From Pelomyxa schiedti (taxonomy: Eukaryota > Protista > Evosea): a stretch of DNA of 64,000 nt. This document shows, piece after piece, positions 22,260 to 35,201 of the stretch. Position numbers and translations under genes: made by a program. Positions within the stretch are counted from its first letter, which is position 1. Each line of letters starts with the position of its first letter. The notes below the pieces were generated by a model, which did not search any database, was not told where the DNA came from, and saw nothing but the letters and a program-made list of their open reading frames with translations. The stretch spans positions 1-64,000 of the forward strand of contig JAHLWZ010000733.1 of NCBI GenBank assembly GCA_020536535.1, read 5' to 3'.

Positions 22260-23696
22260 TTAGATTTCTCCGTCGCGAATTCGAAAATAGAATGTACTGC
22301 CTGAAATTTGTACCACGGGAGGTTCACAAAACGCTAGTTCTGTACCTTCCACCCCTGTTCTGAGTAGATGGAAGGTGAAAAACTGACTGAACTTCGTCAG
22401 ATTTGTATCCGTACCGCTCTTCCTATTTTTGTCCGTATGGACATAGCGAAAAATTTTTCGCAAATGCATAGACCCACTTCTCAATTCTGGTGACTGGGGC
22501 TCTGATTTTGCTCTGTGTTCTTCCTCCCTGAGCTCTGTCTCCTTGTCTGCTTGTGTTTAGAGGAGGAGAATTGGGCTCTGGAAGGTCAAAATTTATGTGT
22601 GTACAATTACGCCTTTTGTTTATAACTTATAGACAGATTGGGCTACTTATGGGTGAAAAATGTCAATTTAACCCAAAAGCTTCTTTTTGCTTTTGAATTG
22701 CCGGACCAAAGTCCTTAAAACTGTTCAAAACAACCTCTTCCAGCTCCTGTCAGTGTTGTAAGGAAACACATCACCCTTCCCCATAACATACAGTCGAGTC
22801 AGTTGCTTTGGTTATTTGGTCAAATGTAGGTTGCAACTCTGCAAGTAGCTTGGCATAGGAATCCAAGAAAAGCTTCGCAACAGCTTCAGTGTACTGTGTG
22901 CACATGGCAACCTTTTAAATGTTATCTTAGATGTAACGGGGGGCAACAAACATCATCCTCGGGTTCAGTAAAAACAGCAACCACAACATTGTCTATTCTT
23001 CGGGAAACGAGTCTGACAGGGGGACCAACCTTCTGACTGTTGACATCAGTGTCAATTGTAGAATTACAAATATTCTTACCCTATTGCGGTCAAAGAAAGA
23101 TTTAATGTGCAATGCAGAGCTTACCTCGAGCAGGCTTCTTCCCAGTCAAGACTGGTTTTTGAAGTAGAACTTGCTTGAAAGCTGTTAAACAATGTTACGG
23201 AAGATGAGGAAAAATTAAAAAATGAACACCTTGAGCACCCATTTCCCTTGCTAGTTTCTCGAAGTTAACAACCATTTTGCATACATTCGTCGGGCTGAAG
23301 TCCTCAATAGTAGTTGTACTTGGAGCCTGTGCAGAAGAAGAAGCTGTCCTTGTCTACACGTGCCGCTGTTAGTTTCATCACTTATCCACGTATTTACAAT
23401 TGCATTACTCGTATCACAATAATATATAGAAATATATCTCATAGTATTCTTACCAGCGTTGATGCAGTTACTGGTTTTAACAATGCCGCATTAGTCGCAG
23501 ATGTCGTGTGCTTTATATCATCCACAGGGCTGCCAACCACGCTGCTCGTGCTACTTGAAGCCGTCGTTGTACTGGTGGCACTAGTGGCAGTAGTTGAAAT
23601 GGTGTTTGAGGCAGATGCAGTTGGCAATGACGTGGCAGAACTGGAATTGGGCCCGTGGGAGGAGTAGGACCAGGGGAACCACACTCTGTCGTGCAT
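22260..23696 (-). CDS. Hypothetical multi-exon protein with Ser/Thr-rich N-terminus
   Basis: Exon-like segments MHDRVWFPWSYSS..., IEDFSPTNVCKMVVNFEKLAREMGAQ, KVGPPVRLVSRRIDNVVVAVFTEPE, YTEAVAKLFLDSYAKLLAELQPTF and ELAFCEPPVVQISGSTFYFRIRDGEI*, with canonical splice sites. Confidence 0.5.
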
Positions 23697-23877
23697 GCAC
23701 GCCCCTGAGTGTCCCTCGAGCACAACAAGCCTCAGTAGCTTTTGATACCAAATGTCAGGTGATAAAACCACGTTAAAACGGAAAACGCAATACAACAACT
23801 GGTGCGCACCACCATAACACAGCCACTATCGTTTTTCCTTTCTTTTTCTTCTTTTCTTGTAAATCAAAACAAAAATT

Positions 23878-25984
23878 TTAAACGATCGTTCGCCGCCTTA
23901 GTGAACGAGTGTTTTGTAGAATGCGTAGCTGCCAATGGTGAACACCAGTTCTACGGCGACTTTCCATATAGACTAGGGTAAATGTTAGTGTTAACATATG
24001 TTTTGCTGTTGAAGGACTACACACTGTAAAGGTTCTCCAGTAGAACACCTTCAGCAAAAGCAGGAAGGCACTGTACGAGAGGAAAATGCTGGCACCACAG
24101 GAACAGCCTTGGAAGAACTCAATTGCCATGAAAGCAGCAATGTGGTGGATCTGTGTAAAGGTCAGTTGATGTGCCATAATTTGCAATGGGCGGACCTGGT
24201 GGGGTTCACCAAAAACCATGCAGAACACTAAGAAGCGACGTAGACGCAGTCCGTTAGGCTTTGTGAAGTGCAATGTGAGCAACCAGATACAATAAAGCCA
24301 GCCAATATATGTGCAACTCTCAGAAAGCTTTTTTGTGTTGATGTGAAATGGTCAGCTACTTAATATAAGCTTGGGGTGTTCAAACATTTTCTTGCAAAAA
24401 TGCCATAGGGTGCAACCAAGATATCTTCGAAAAAACGGACCACGACAATTGTGCAGTAAGAAAGAGGCCGGCAGTGTTTGCTAAAGCTATCATGAAGTTA
24501 TTTCTGCCTATCAACAAGTTTCTTTGAACAAGATCACAAGCAAAATACGATACCAGGACTGAAATTTCGCGATTAGTAGGAAGTGATAAAACGTGGGGCA
24601 TACTCATTGTAAGAAATACATATGGATGCCGGTATATACATGGAGGGGCACTGCCCGGTAGAGGGGAAAGGTAGTTCATAAATTTGCCAAGAAGGTAGAA
24701 GGCCACAAGGCGAACTGCTACAGCTAGTTCTTTGGAGAGTGGGGGTTCAGTGTGCGATGAATGACTTGCCGGCGCGGGTGCTGGCGCTGCATATCCAGTA
24801 CTGCTAGCTGTGATTTTTACGGGGTGTGGGGTAACTGGTGTGTGTGAAACGTGCTGGGCAGTCTTTCTCCTTGCTCTTCTTCGTATGACCTTATCCCTGT
24901 TACGCTGGAGGTCAACTAACAAATGCCGGTAACTGGCCGGGGGGAGTTTCAGTGAAGGATCAAGTAGTCGATCAGCCTCCAGTGCATGAAACCGCAGGTT
25001 GAGGCAAAAATTTCTTTGGAGGAGACGCCTCCAAGGCATGTCATCTATTGGTAATGATCATGAATATCATAATGTTGAAAGTGACACACTTTGTCGAGAA
25101 ATGACAGCCCATTTCTTGCAAACAAGGGCGCACTGCAGTAGTGAAAAAACATCAAGAAAGCAAAAAATGTTCAGGAGACAGTCAAAAGGAAGTGACAGTA
25201 TCGATACAGGCGTATTTAGGTGAATTTCTTCTGGTACATAATACAGTGGGTCATCAGACCACCACTCCTGGGGTTTGACCTTTTTTGGGAGGGCCTTTTT
25301 GCCTTTTCCAGGTGGTTTTGCATATGAGGACATGGGGTAAAGGTACTGTGATGACAACGTGGAATGCGGCACATGTGAATTGTAAATCTCGGGAGCATCT
25401 ACAGCAGCATACCAGGATGGTTCTTCAAAAAGGTCCCCAAAACCAGTATCTGGTACTAGTGGTGATTTGGACGTTTGGGATATAGGCCAACTGTCCGTTG
25501 TAGCAGGAGGGTGTCCATCCATATGTGGTGGCGCACTTGACTCGGGTGGAATTTTCGAGGGTAGAACACCAAAGGCATCCTTGTTGGCAGTCAATGGCAT
25601 ATTTGTCCCACTTGGAAAATCCTCAAACATGTATGACATATCAACATCGTCGAGTTCTTCAGAATCCGTTTTCCCTATTGTGGCCGATGTAGAGGTTGAC
25701 GGTGGAGGAAAATGATATGCAGGTGCAGCTGCCAAACTCTGACCAGGCGTGAATTCAAAAATCGGTGGAGACAAAATAGAGGCAGAAGAAGAGGTAGTGC
25801 TCGTCGTCGCCGTCGTTGTAGCGGCGCCTGCATTTGGTGCCTTTTGCAGAAAGTTCCACATCTTGACTATTTCATCCACCGAGACAACAACCTTAGTCGG
25901 GGCGCCCGTAGAGGAAGTAGCCGTAGCCGCAACTGCTTCTTGTGGTGTCGGTGCGGTGAGTTTGTTGCCGTTACTACTACTCAT
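23878..25984 (-). CDS. F-box protein (long disordered N-terminus, central F-box, helical C-terminal region)
   Basis: F-box SILSLPFDCLLNIFCFLDVFSLLQCALVCKKWAVIS near 25100-25200, followed by LLQRNFCLNL... Downstream exons continue to a stop at 23878. Confidence 0.8.
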
Positions 25985-26099
25985 TAGTACGTCAGATCCG
26001 CACCACCTTCCGTCACGATACACGTCGAGATGTATGGTTTTTTTTTTGTTTTGTTTATTTTTTTTTTCCCTTTTCTTTTCTGATTTGAGATCCAGACTT

Positions 26100-27240
26100 T
26101 TCGGATGACAGGAATAAAGACTTGACAGGTGTCAAGGTTTTGCTTGATTGAGTTGATCTTTTGGGCAACACAGTGTTTAGGGGTCGCTTTTGAAAACAAC
26201 TGAGCGTTTTGCCGGAGGATTTCGGGCTGATTTGGGCTTTGCTGTTGTTGATGTTGTGGGTTTGTGTGCACACACTTTAGTTTTTGGGGGATAGAGACAA
26301 GGCAGATAGACAGAGTTGGTGGTGAGGAATGAGTGCAAGAAGAGATTCACTTCCAGTAGATCTTGGGTCCACCGGCGGTACAGGTAGCTGCATCGATCAC
26401 TTTGCACCATTTCGCATAGAACGGTGTAATCGTCTATTCCGGGGTGTTTGGATCTGTTAATGGGAAAAAAGATAACAAAAATTAGTTGGAGAGGAATGGT
26501 CAGGGGAAACTATTTGTTTTGTGCATAGAAAAATGAAGGTTTCCACCTAGTAATAAAATAAATAGTCATTCAACCATGAGGGGAAGAAGTACTTCGGATG
26601 CAATCGTGGCCATCGATGTATTTAATATATCCTGTGGATTGAGAGGGAGAAAGGAAGGAAAAAAAGGTTTTTGAGTTGTAAATGAAAAGTTGCACTATAA
26701 CCTGAATTGTTCTTTGACATTTGGTGGAAATAATACCGAGATATGAAGCAAGTCTTTTCTATGAGTTTGTTTGTTCTGTTACAAGAACACTGATTTGCAG
26801 AAATACCTGTAAAACAGTTTCGAAATCAGTTGTATCTTCTATTGCAGGGAGATTGAGTGAAAGGGAGAGCTTTTTGGGAGTCAGGGGGAAAAAAGTTAGC
26901 TGATGTGTAGAAAAACCTGTAGAGCGTGGATAAATTCTGTAACTTCACTTAATTCTGACAAAATGGTGGCTGTTGCGAACATTGGTTTCTCCCCATTCCC
27001 TAATCTCTCCATCTCCTAATCATTTTATTAAAACACGGAACAAAGGCACAATACAAAGAAACGAAACAGTAGCAATAGTAAACATAAGTACAAAGAAATG
27101 CACAAATATCGAAATTGGAGACGCCAATTGCCTGCCTGCACGATTCTGGTGAGCTTCAAAATTTGATCAGGCAACTTCACACTGACCATCTCGGTCGCTG
27201 TCTTATTCACTTCAGTCCTCCAGTCCTCCATTTTATCCAT
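26100..27240 (-). CDS. Divergent proteasome activator PA28/REG (PSME-like) subunit; 3' exon structure unresolved
   Basis: MEDWRTEVNKTATEMVSVKLPDQILKLTRIVQ resembles the PA28 N-terminal helix. LSELSEVTEFIHALQLSLSLNLPAIEDTTDFETVLQ resembles ...KMWVQLLIPRIEDGNNFGVSIQ. SKHPGIDDY resembles AKYPHVEDY. Confidence 0.62.
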
Positions 27241-27367
27241 GTTACCGCAGACGACACACCACTAACACAGGGGAAAAGGTAATAGATACTAGATTGATCA
27301 CAGCATTTTCGTCGTGCTGAATTGGACTTGGACTGCGTTGAGAAAACAATCAAGTTAACCGAAAGAA
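27241..27367. promoter_or_regulatory. Very short bidirectional promoter region between PA28-like (-) and kinesin-2 (+)
   Basis: The start codons are only 127 bp apart in head-to-head orientation. Confidence 0.45.
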
Positions 27368-30300
27368 ATGAAAGCCACAACGGGTGGCGTTGCCAAGGCC
27401 ACGACGCCAAAAACGGCGGCAAAGGCGCCAACTAAATCCCCCACGCCCAGCAGGCTCAGCTCCGCCAACTCGACGTCTTCCTCAGTCTCCGCCAAATCCA
27501 CCGCCAGATCCACCGCATCAGGCGCCTCCGCCAAGTCTGCGCCGTCCCTCGCGCCCCGCGGAACCCCGACCGTCGTAGTCGACGCATCAGCCCCCGGAGG
27601 CGCGAACGACGACGGCGGCGGCGCCGACGTGGCGCGGGCCGCGAGCGCGGTCGGGGTCGGGGTCGGAGTCGGCGGGCCGTCGGTGGTCAAGACCGTCGGG
27701 GGGTTTGAGAACATGAGGGTGTTTGTGAGGGTGAGGCCGCTCAATCCCATGGAGCTCAGGGAAAACCAGACGAGCGTGGTGCAGCTGGCCCCCGAGCTGT
27801 GCTCTGCCAGGATCGAAGTCCCCGGGAGGATGCCCCACAATTACACTTTCGACGGCGTCTTTGGCGAGGAGTATTATTCCCTTTTTGACCAACCCCCTTG
27901 GCACTTAAACCCTGTAACGCAGGTCAACTCAGAAGCAGATTTATTCTCGTGCAGCTGCCAATGTCATTGATGGAGTTCTTGAGGGTTTCAATGGTGCCTA
28001 AGCTCAGTCTTTTGTTCTCTATATATATCGCTGACAATGTGCCTAGGGACTATTTTTGCATATGGCCAAACTGCTTCTGGAAAAGTATGCCCACTTTCTT
28101 CAACTTCTTGAAGTCTGAGGTATTGTTTTCAAGACCTACACAATGTCTGGTGGTACTACTGAGGATGACAAAGGGATCATACCCCATGCTATTGACCACA
28201 TATTCCACCATATTGCTCAGGACACATCACGAGTTATACCGCCTCATCCGTTTTTGAAGAAACAAACTAAAAATATAGGAATTTGTTGTGTCAGTTGCTT
28301 GCCTTGAGATTTATTGTGAAAAAATAACCGATCTTCTGGGCAAATCTGAGGAAAGACTAAAGTTACGTTTAGATGAGAAAGGGAAGTTTCAAGTCCAAGT
28401 AATACTAATAGTCACAACTATCACAACTCAACAAACACAGGGACTAAAACCCAGAATAGCCAATAATCCAGCAGCTATTTTAAAGAAGATGAATAAGGCA
28501 AATGACAGAAGACATGTAGGGAAAACAAATATGAATGAGAGATCATCCCGGTCACATTCAATATTTCAGGTCCGCAACTGTACAGTCTTGCCTCTGTAAC
28601 TTTTGGCAGATTATCATTGAAAGTAAAAAAAAGAACTCAGAATCCAATGATGTTTTAAAAGCCAAATTAAACTTGGTTGACCTGGCAGGAAGTGAACGAC
28701 AAAAGAAGACCCAAGCAGAGGGAAAGAGGTAATTAGTTACTTTTTTTTTTCATAATCCTGAAATGTGGTGTCCAGATTGCAAGAAGCCACAAAAATCAAT
28801 CTCTCTCTTATGGTTCTTGTCAATGTTATTAATGCTTTGGTAGCTGGAAGTGGAAAGCATGTTCCATACAGAGAAAGCAATGTGAATCCTACTCCTGTCT
28901 ATCCCCCACCCTATTAATTTTCCCCTCCCCCTCAGCTAACGAAACTTCTGGAAGACTCGCTCGGAGGAAATACTAGGTGCACAATGATGGCTAATTGCAG
29001 CCCGGCTTCAAGTAATGCCGACGAAACAGCGAACACACTAGCGTAACTACCGTATATTACTATCCCTCTCTCAATACTTGTAGATATGCACATAAAGCAA
29101 AACAAATAAAAAATAAACCCCAAAAAAATGCCGATGGCCAGGATGGGATACTTGCTCAACTTCAAGAACAAATTAGAATGTTTTTCCCCTTTCACTTTTG
29201 GAGAGATTAACCGCGTGTCCAGGTTAAACGAGGAATTGAAACGCATTGAAGATAGTAGGCCTGTTGGAGAAGCAGCCCGAATGGCCGAAGTTAGTGGTAA
29301 CAGTGGTGTCTCTCCAGAATTACTCATGAATCTACGGTTCGAGAAGGACGAGAAAATCAAAGTACTTCTTTACAACCCTGGTATGGTTAATGGTTCCAAA
29401 CAAGGAAGCACTGGCAAAAGCAAATGTTGCCCAATCTGAGAGAGATCGTATTTACAAGCAACTAAAAGACATGCAAGAGGAAGATGAAAAGGTATCTTTG
29501 AGGTTGTTTCCGATTTACAATAATTGTCGTTTCAGCAAAGAAGGGAAATAGATACCGTCAAGTCCAAATTAAAAAATACTCAGGACGCCATATGCGTTGG
29601 GGGGGTGCGTGTTGCATTCTGTAATATTTCTTACGTTAATAGGTAAACCTACTGGATGAGAATGCACGGCAATCTGCCGAGTTGCTGCAAGCACAGAATG
29701 AAATTGAAATGCAAAAAGTATTCTCTCCAACTAGCTTACTGGTGAACTTTCTTATCTGTTTAGGCCAAAGAGGCACAGCTCCTGCAAGAGTTACAAGCTG
29801 AAGAAGAGGCAGCCTTATTCAAAGAAGAGATGTACAAATCTGTAGAAGACGAGATTGCCAAAAAGACTGCAAAAGCAGAGAAGGTGTTCGCAACGTTAAA
29901 ATCTATGCAAGAAGAAACAGAAGTAATGAAAGCTCAATTTGAAGAGGTTGGCTACACTTTCTTGCTAGTACCCTAACCACAACCAGGAACGGGACTTGTT
30001 ACTGGACTCTATTCGAGAACTAGAGCGGGACTGCAGCTTTCAGGATTTGATAATTGACTACTTCATCCCCCCTGAATACCGGAATCTCATTGAAGAAAAT
30101 GCACGACCTGTAGAAGGTGATAATACCTGGTATGTTCGTCCCACTGTTGAAAATTATTTACCCAGCTCTTATCAAGGGCTCTTATGCACCTTGGACTAGC
30201 AGGGAACAGGGTGTCCAAGCATAGCACCTGGCAGGCAACTTCAGCAAATGAGATGGTAATACTACGAGATGGAGATGAGGACAGTGACCCTGGTGAATGC

Positions 30301-30603
30301 GATGCAGAAGAGCTCACTCTTGTCACCACACAAGAGAGCCCATACCTAAGCTACAACGACCAAGGGATTCTTTCCTCCCGGCCATTCTATTCCCCTCCCT
30401 CGCCCTCGCCCTCGCCACCTGCCTACCAGGCCGCAGAGCCGTCCCCGCGAAGTTCTAGGTCCTCTGCTGCATCATCATCATCACAGTGTCTTCAGGAACA
30501 GCACACAACACAACCCCAACCAACAAGAGCCCACCACTCACACTCACCAACACCAACATCCAGACCACAATCGGCACACCCACACCCAAGGACAGGGTGG
30601 TAG
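27368..30603 (+). CDS. KIF3: Kinesin-2 (KIF3/FLA10-like) heavy chain
   Basis: Motor motifs [96 protein letters not shown]. After the coiled coil comes the kinesin-2 signature [21 protein letters not shown] and the tail motif SPYLSY. Confidence 0.9.
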
Positions 30604-30764
30604 GCACTGTGGGTTTCCAGAGACTTTGTAGCTATTTGTATAGAACAACCACGAAAACGAAAACCCCTTCAAAGAATTTTTTTTTTATTTTTGAGAGGTG
30701 GAGGGCATTGCCAGCCTTGCACGTTGTTGTGACATAAAAAAAAAGTGTTCAGTAGTATTAACAA

Positions 30765-33700
30765 TCAATCATTTACATTCGAGGAGGCTTTGGCCATATC
30801 AGCCAGTGTGTGATCGATTTGGACAATCAGGGGAGAAGTGGCTGTGTAATAACCCGTTTGGAGTAGGGTGCTCCTTTCTTGCAGGAGCTGTAAAGCAATC
30901 TCTTGCTGTTGTGGTGTCATGCTGGCGATAGAGATGCCCCCAGGAATACCGTTTGTGAGGTTGCCGGTGGTTGTGAGTGTAGCGGCACTGGGTATGGCAC
31001 TGGAGGGTGTTGTGGTTGTTGTTGCTTTAGGAAAAGCGAGTGGGACAGAGGATGACAAGGTGCCTTGGGTAACAGTGGGGAGTTGTTGTGTAATGGTGGG
31101 GGGTGTCTGCTGTGGCAGAGTGTTGTAATTCATTGTGGAGAATTCAGTGTGATTGGTGGTGCCTTTTAATCTAGCTATATTGGTGTTAACAACATACAAG
31201 ATGTGTCTAGACAATAGAAACCAATCTCTTGGAAGGCTCTCATCAGTTTCTGCTTTCTGTTGCTGGATTCTTCGGACACCTGCTGGAGTTTTCTTTCCAA
31301 CTCGGATTTCTAGGTAGACTTTAGGAAAGGGCAAAGTATGTACTAGTAAACCTGTGAGTTGAGAATGGCGAGTTGCGCTTGCATAGAGGCGGATGGTGAT
31401 GTTGCGTGTGCTTCTTTGTAAATCTGGAACTTTTTTTCAAGGTCCCTGGTAGATACGTTATTTTTCTGTTTTTGTTGGTGTTGCTGGTAAATACAGATAA
31501 CGTGACTCGTGTGAGGAGATGGAAGCTTGAAGGTGAGACTTTTCTGTAATGAGGTCCTGTATCTTTTGCGATAGTGTGAGCTCCTTTCTGGAAAAATCCT
31601 CCGTCAGCCGTTTGGCTACAAGTTGTAATTCTTGTGTTTTGAGATCAAGTTCGTGTTGAAGAGCCTCTTGTTTGTGACGAAGCTGGGGTGGAATCATTGG
31701 AAACAATATTTTAGTACAATAAATGATACTTTCTCTTCTGCTGCTGCCAGTTGGTGTTCCCTTTGATGTATAATTTCAACTCCACTGGTCAGTTTCTCCT
31801 GGTGAAGGGTTAGAATAACAGGAGGAGAAGATGGTTGACACATTGAGGGAGTTGTATTGCTGTTCGTAAGTACGGAATTTTGCTATCCTTTGCTGTTCGT
31901 GGAAGATGAACTGCTGCTCTAAAGCTGCAAGCAATTTGGCTTCCACTTCATGCAAGTCTTTAACATACTTTTCTGATTTGAAGCAAAAGGTTAGTTTTTG
32001 AAGCCAAGGATTGTTATCAACGTTGCTGGTCATGTTTCCAAATCTCTAATTCCAAGGCTGCGGCGTATTCCTGGCTGTCACGATATACGACAGTATCATT
32101 CTTGTCTCCGATAGCTTGTGAGATCCCAGAAGATATGTAGGCTGTGTCAGAACTGTCACCACCAAGATCCTCCAATGTCATAGCTAGCATGAGGTCTCCA
32201 ATCCTCTTGCTCCTGTGGCATTCTTAGGAGGCTGTTGTTTCATGTTTTATTGCTCACATGGATTTATCAGTTGAGATACAGATGGGAAACCAATCTGAAT
32301 TGGCATGAACAGATGCAACTGATGACGGATTATGGCCAGGTTTGCTGATGGGTGGACAACGGAGAACGGTATCCAACCCAATAATACACATAGCCACCTT
32401 CATGGACACTGTAAGAAAAATGCAAAAGATGGAGGGGTTACAACAAACCTGAGCGAAATTTCCACTTCCACTGGGTGGTTGCTCTGACAAGATTTCCACT
32501 ATGAGTGGTTCGTCTTTCAACGTTAGTGACAGCTGTGGCCAACTTTTAGTGAATGTGAAGCTTGTGAAGCCTCCTGGAACAGCTACAGATTGCCCTAATC
32601 CCACCCTCCCACTTTTGGACAGAGCATGTGAAGAAGACACCATAAAAGGTTCAGAAAAGACAGAAGCACTGGATGAATCAAAAGCGGTGTAGTTGTAACG
32701 CAGTACAAGTTGCTTTCCAGAAAAGACTTCAAGCCCACGTACAGATTTGAGTTCCAAGCTGTGTATTATCGATAAAAAGTAAAGAACTATGATATGCTGA
32801 CCTGAAGCGGAAGTGACGAATATCCATCTGGGAAATCACGTTTGGTTCATGTGGTGACTGGTGCCTTGCACTTCTACTTAAATAGGCAGGTGAATAACTT
32901 GGCTAACTGCTAATGAGATATTTATTACCGGGTCGCATTTGAGGCCACACTGGAGGTAGACAGGCTTCTTGTGCCTTGCTCAATGCCATCATGGCAGTTC
33001 GTCAGAGCCTCTGCATCTCCATCACTTTCAATTTGTTTGGTGTCTGAGTTTGTGTCCCGAATATTAAATGACACATTTTTGTTCTGAAACAAATTAGTTC
33101 TACTGGACTGTAGGAAGTGTCGATAAAGAGTATGCTACCGGAATGGGTCTTGTGGTTTCCATTGTCTCTTCAGAACTTCGTTCCTTGGCCATAGAATCGA
33201 CTCCGCTGAAGGTAGAACTTTTTTGGGGTTCTGTTTCAGGTTTTTTCTCTATGGGACTTGCGCGATCTTGTTCACACACTTCACTCATAGATTCTGTTGG
33301 ATCAGAAGAAGTCTTTCTTGTTGTCTCTCTGGTGGTAAGTTCTATTTCTCCGTCAGTATCACTGCTTCTGTCCTCCTTAATTGCACCGGGTGTGCCACCA
33401 AACTGTGGTGAGCCCATTTCGTCGTTTGCCATCTCCATTCTTCTACTCTCACGGGGATTGGTGGTAACAGGGGGACCCCCATGTGGAGATATTGAGGGAG
33501 CTGCCACAGGGTGAGCAATTTTTTTCCTCACTAATCGGGCAAGAGAAAGGTGCACAAAAACACTGGGCTGTTCCGCAGGTGGTAGAAAACTTTCCTTTGT
33601 TGCAGAATTAGTTGATCTATATCGTTGTCTTTCATTCAGGCATACTTGATCCTGAGAGGGTCTTAAAATGTAGGACTGCTCTATTTTGTAGTTGGGTGGT

Positions 33701-34854
33701 CCAGGGCCTGGAGTGTTGCTGGCCAGACTTGCGGTGAGTGTTGATAGAGAAAGTGAAGCACAACCAAGAGGTTTATCCCCTTTGCAAAGAAAGAGGTTCT
33801 CATTGCAGAATGTTAGGTTTATTGGATTGAAAATGAGTGTAATACAAGTGGTTTCTGAAGACTGAAATACTCCTGTAATTCTTTGACACTGCTTAAAATG
33901 ATAAATGAAGCAACCCAGGGACGAAAATCTGGATTGGTAGCGTCTGTGAAAATGACCTGGATAAATTTAATGGAGTTTCCTTGGATAACTACAGTTTACC
34001 TTTGTTGTGATTGGGTTGTCAAAAAGAGTGAAAAAGAAATGGAACCCGTCAGGTGGTTTTGGGGTTGTATTGCTACCACTCATCAAATGAACCAAGTTTC
34101 GGCATGACACTATTACGAGTTTCATTACAAACTGATCTTTTCCATCTCCAATATCAACACGTACTTTCATCTTGTTGTCGTGACATGGAAGAAAAAAAGA
34201 AAAGTAAATCAAACCATAGGAGGACACCGCAAAGGGGGATTTTCACTTCCCAGTTCTTTATTTCGCAAATTTGCACAAAGGAGTAACTCTAAAAAATAGT
34301 CAGTGCAAGTAAGTTCTTTCTATTTAACCTGGTCCACCAGATTTTCTTGCATTAAGCAGAGGTTCCCACGCAGGCCTGGAAGGAGGTTGCCCGTTAGAAA
34401 TGACAGGGATGTCTCTAAGCATCACCATAATATGTCCTAGGGGTACTCCACCAAGGCATAGCTTTTTATTTTTCTTTGTGAACTGGGGAAAAAAAAGGGT
34501 AGGGAATGGCACTTGAATTTTTACAGAGGCCCTATTCTGCCGCAAAATGAGAAGTTGCTTCTCAGATAATTCCCAACGAAAATCTGCATTCCAGGTGGGG
34601 TTTGCTTCCCTGGGCGGGGCAGTTGTCGTTTGAAGGCACTTGTTGGCAAACGTAACCTGCACATACACGCCACCACTTTCGCCTGCAAAAAGTTACGCTA
34701 CGAACAGTACAGTGAAGTACCTTTATCAGCAGACGACGGCTCGAGCAGGTAGCGACCTGGATTGAAATGAGATTAATGCTAACAACAACCAGTACCAACC
34801 TTTAAGCACACTAACAACCAACAAGTATTTGAGATCTCTCCTCCCTGCGCTCAT
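30765..34854 (-). CDS. CEP120: Centrosomal protein CEP120 ortholog (three C2 domains + coiled coil)
   Basis: C2A: LLVVSVLKGRY...FRWELSEKQLLILRQNRASVKIQ. C2B: FVMKLVIVSCRNL...FHFFFTLFDNPIT...LFLCKGDKPLGCASLSL. C2C: ELKSVRGL...LVLRYNYTAF...FTSFTFTKSWPQLSLTLKDEPLIVEI. The C-terminal LLQERSTLLQTGYYTATSPLIVQID matches the CEP120 LIEERDTLMRTGVY motif. Confidence 0.88.
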
Positions 34855-35201
34855 CTTCTCATTTTGATTTTAAAATTCGCTTTTGGTGCTTCATGGGTGA
34901 ACCGTTAGACATAATTAGGCATTTTCGCGAAGTGAGAAAGCACGCTTGACGCTACAAGCGAAGGAGGGATCTACCTGCTCAGATCGTGATGAAGGCATCT
35001 GTTCAACCGAAAAAAAACAGGCACTATTTATACAATTGAGCGAAAATCTTGAGCCGAAGATAAGAAGCACAAAAGCAAGGAAAAAAAAAGAAAAAAAAGA
35101 AAGCAACGTACCCTCCAACTACGAACAGGCACCACTCCCCTGCGTGTTAATCAACAGAAAAAAAACACCCGTCGATCACCATAACAAATACAAAATCGGA
35201 G

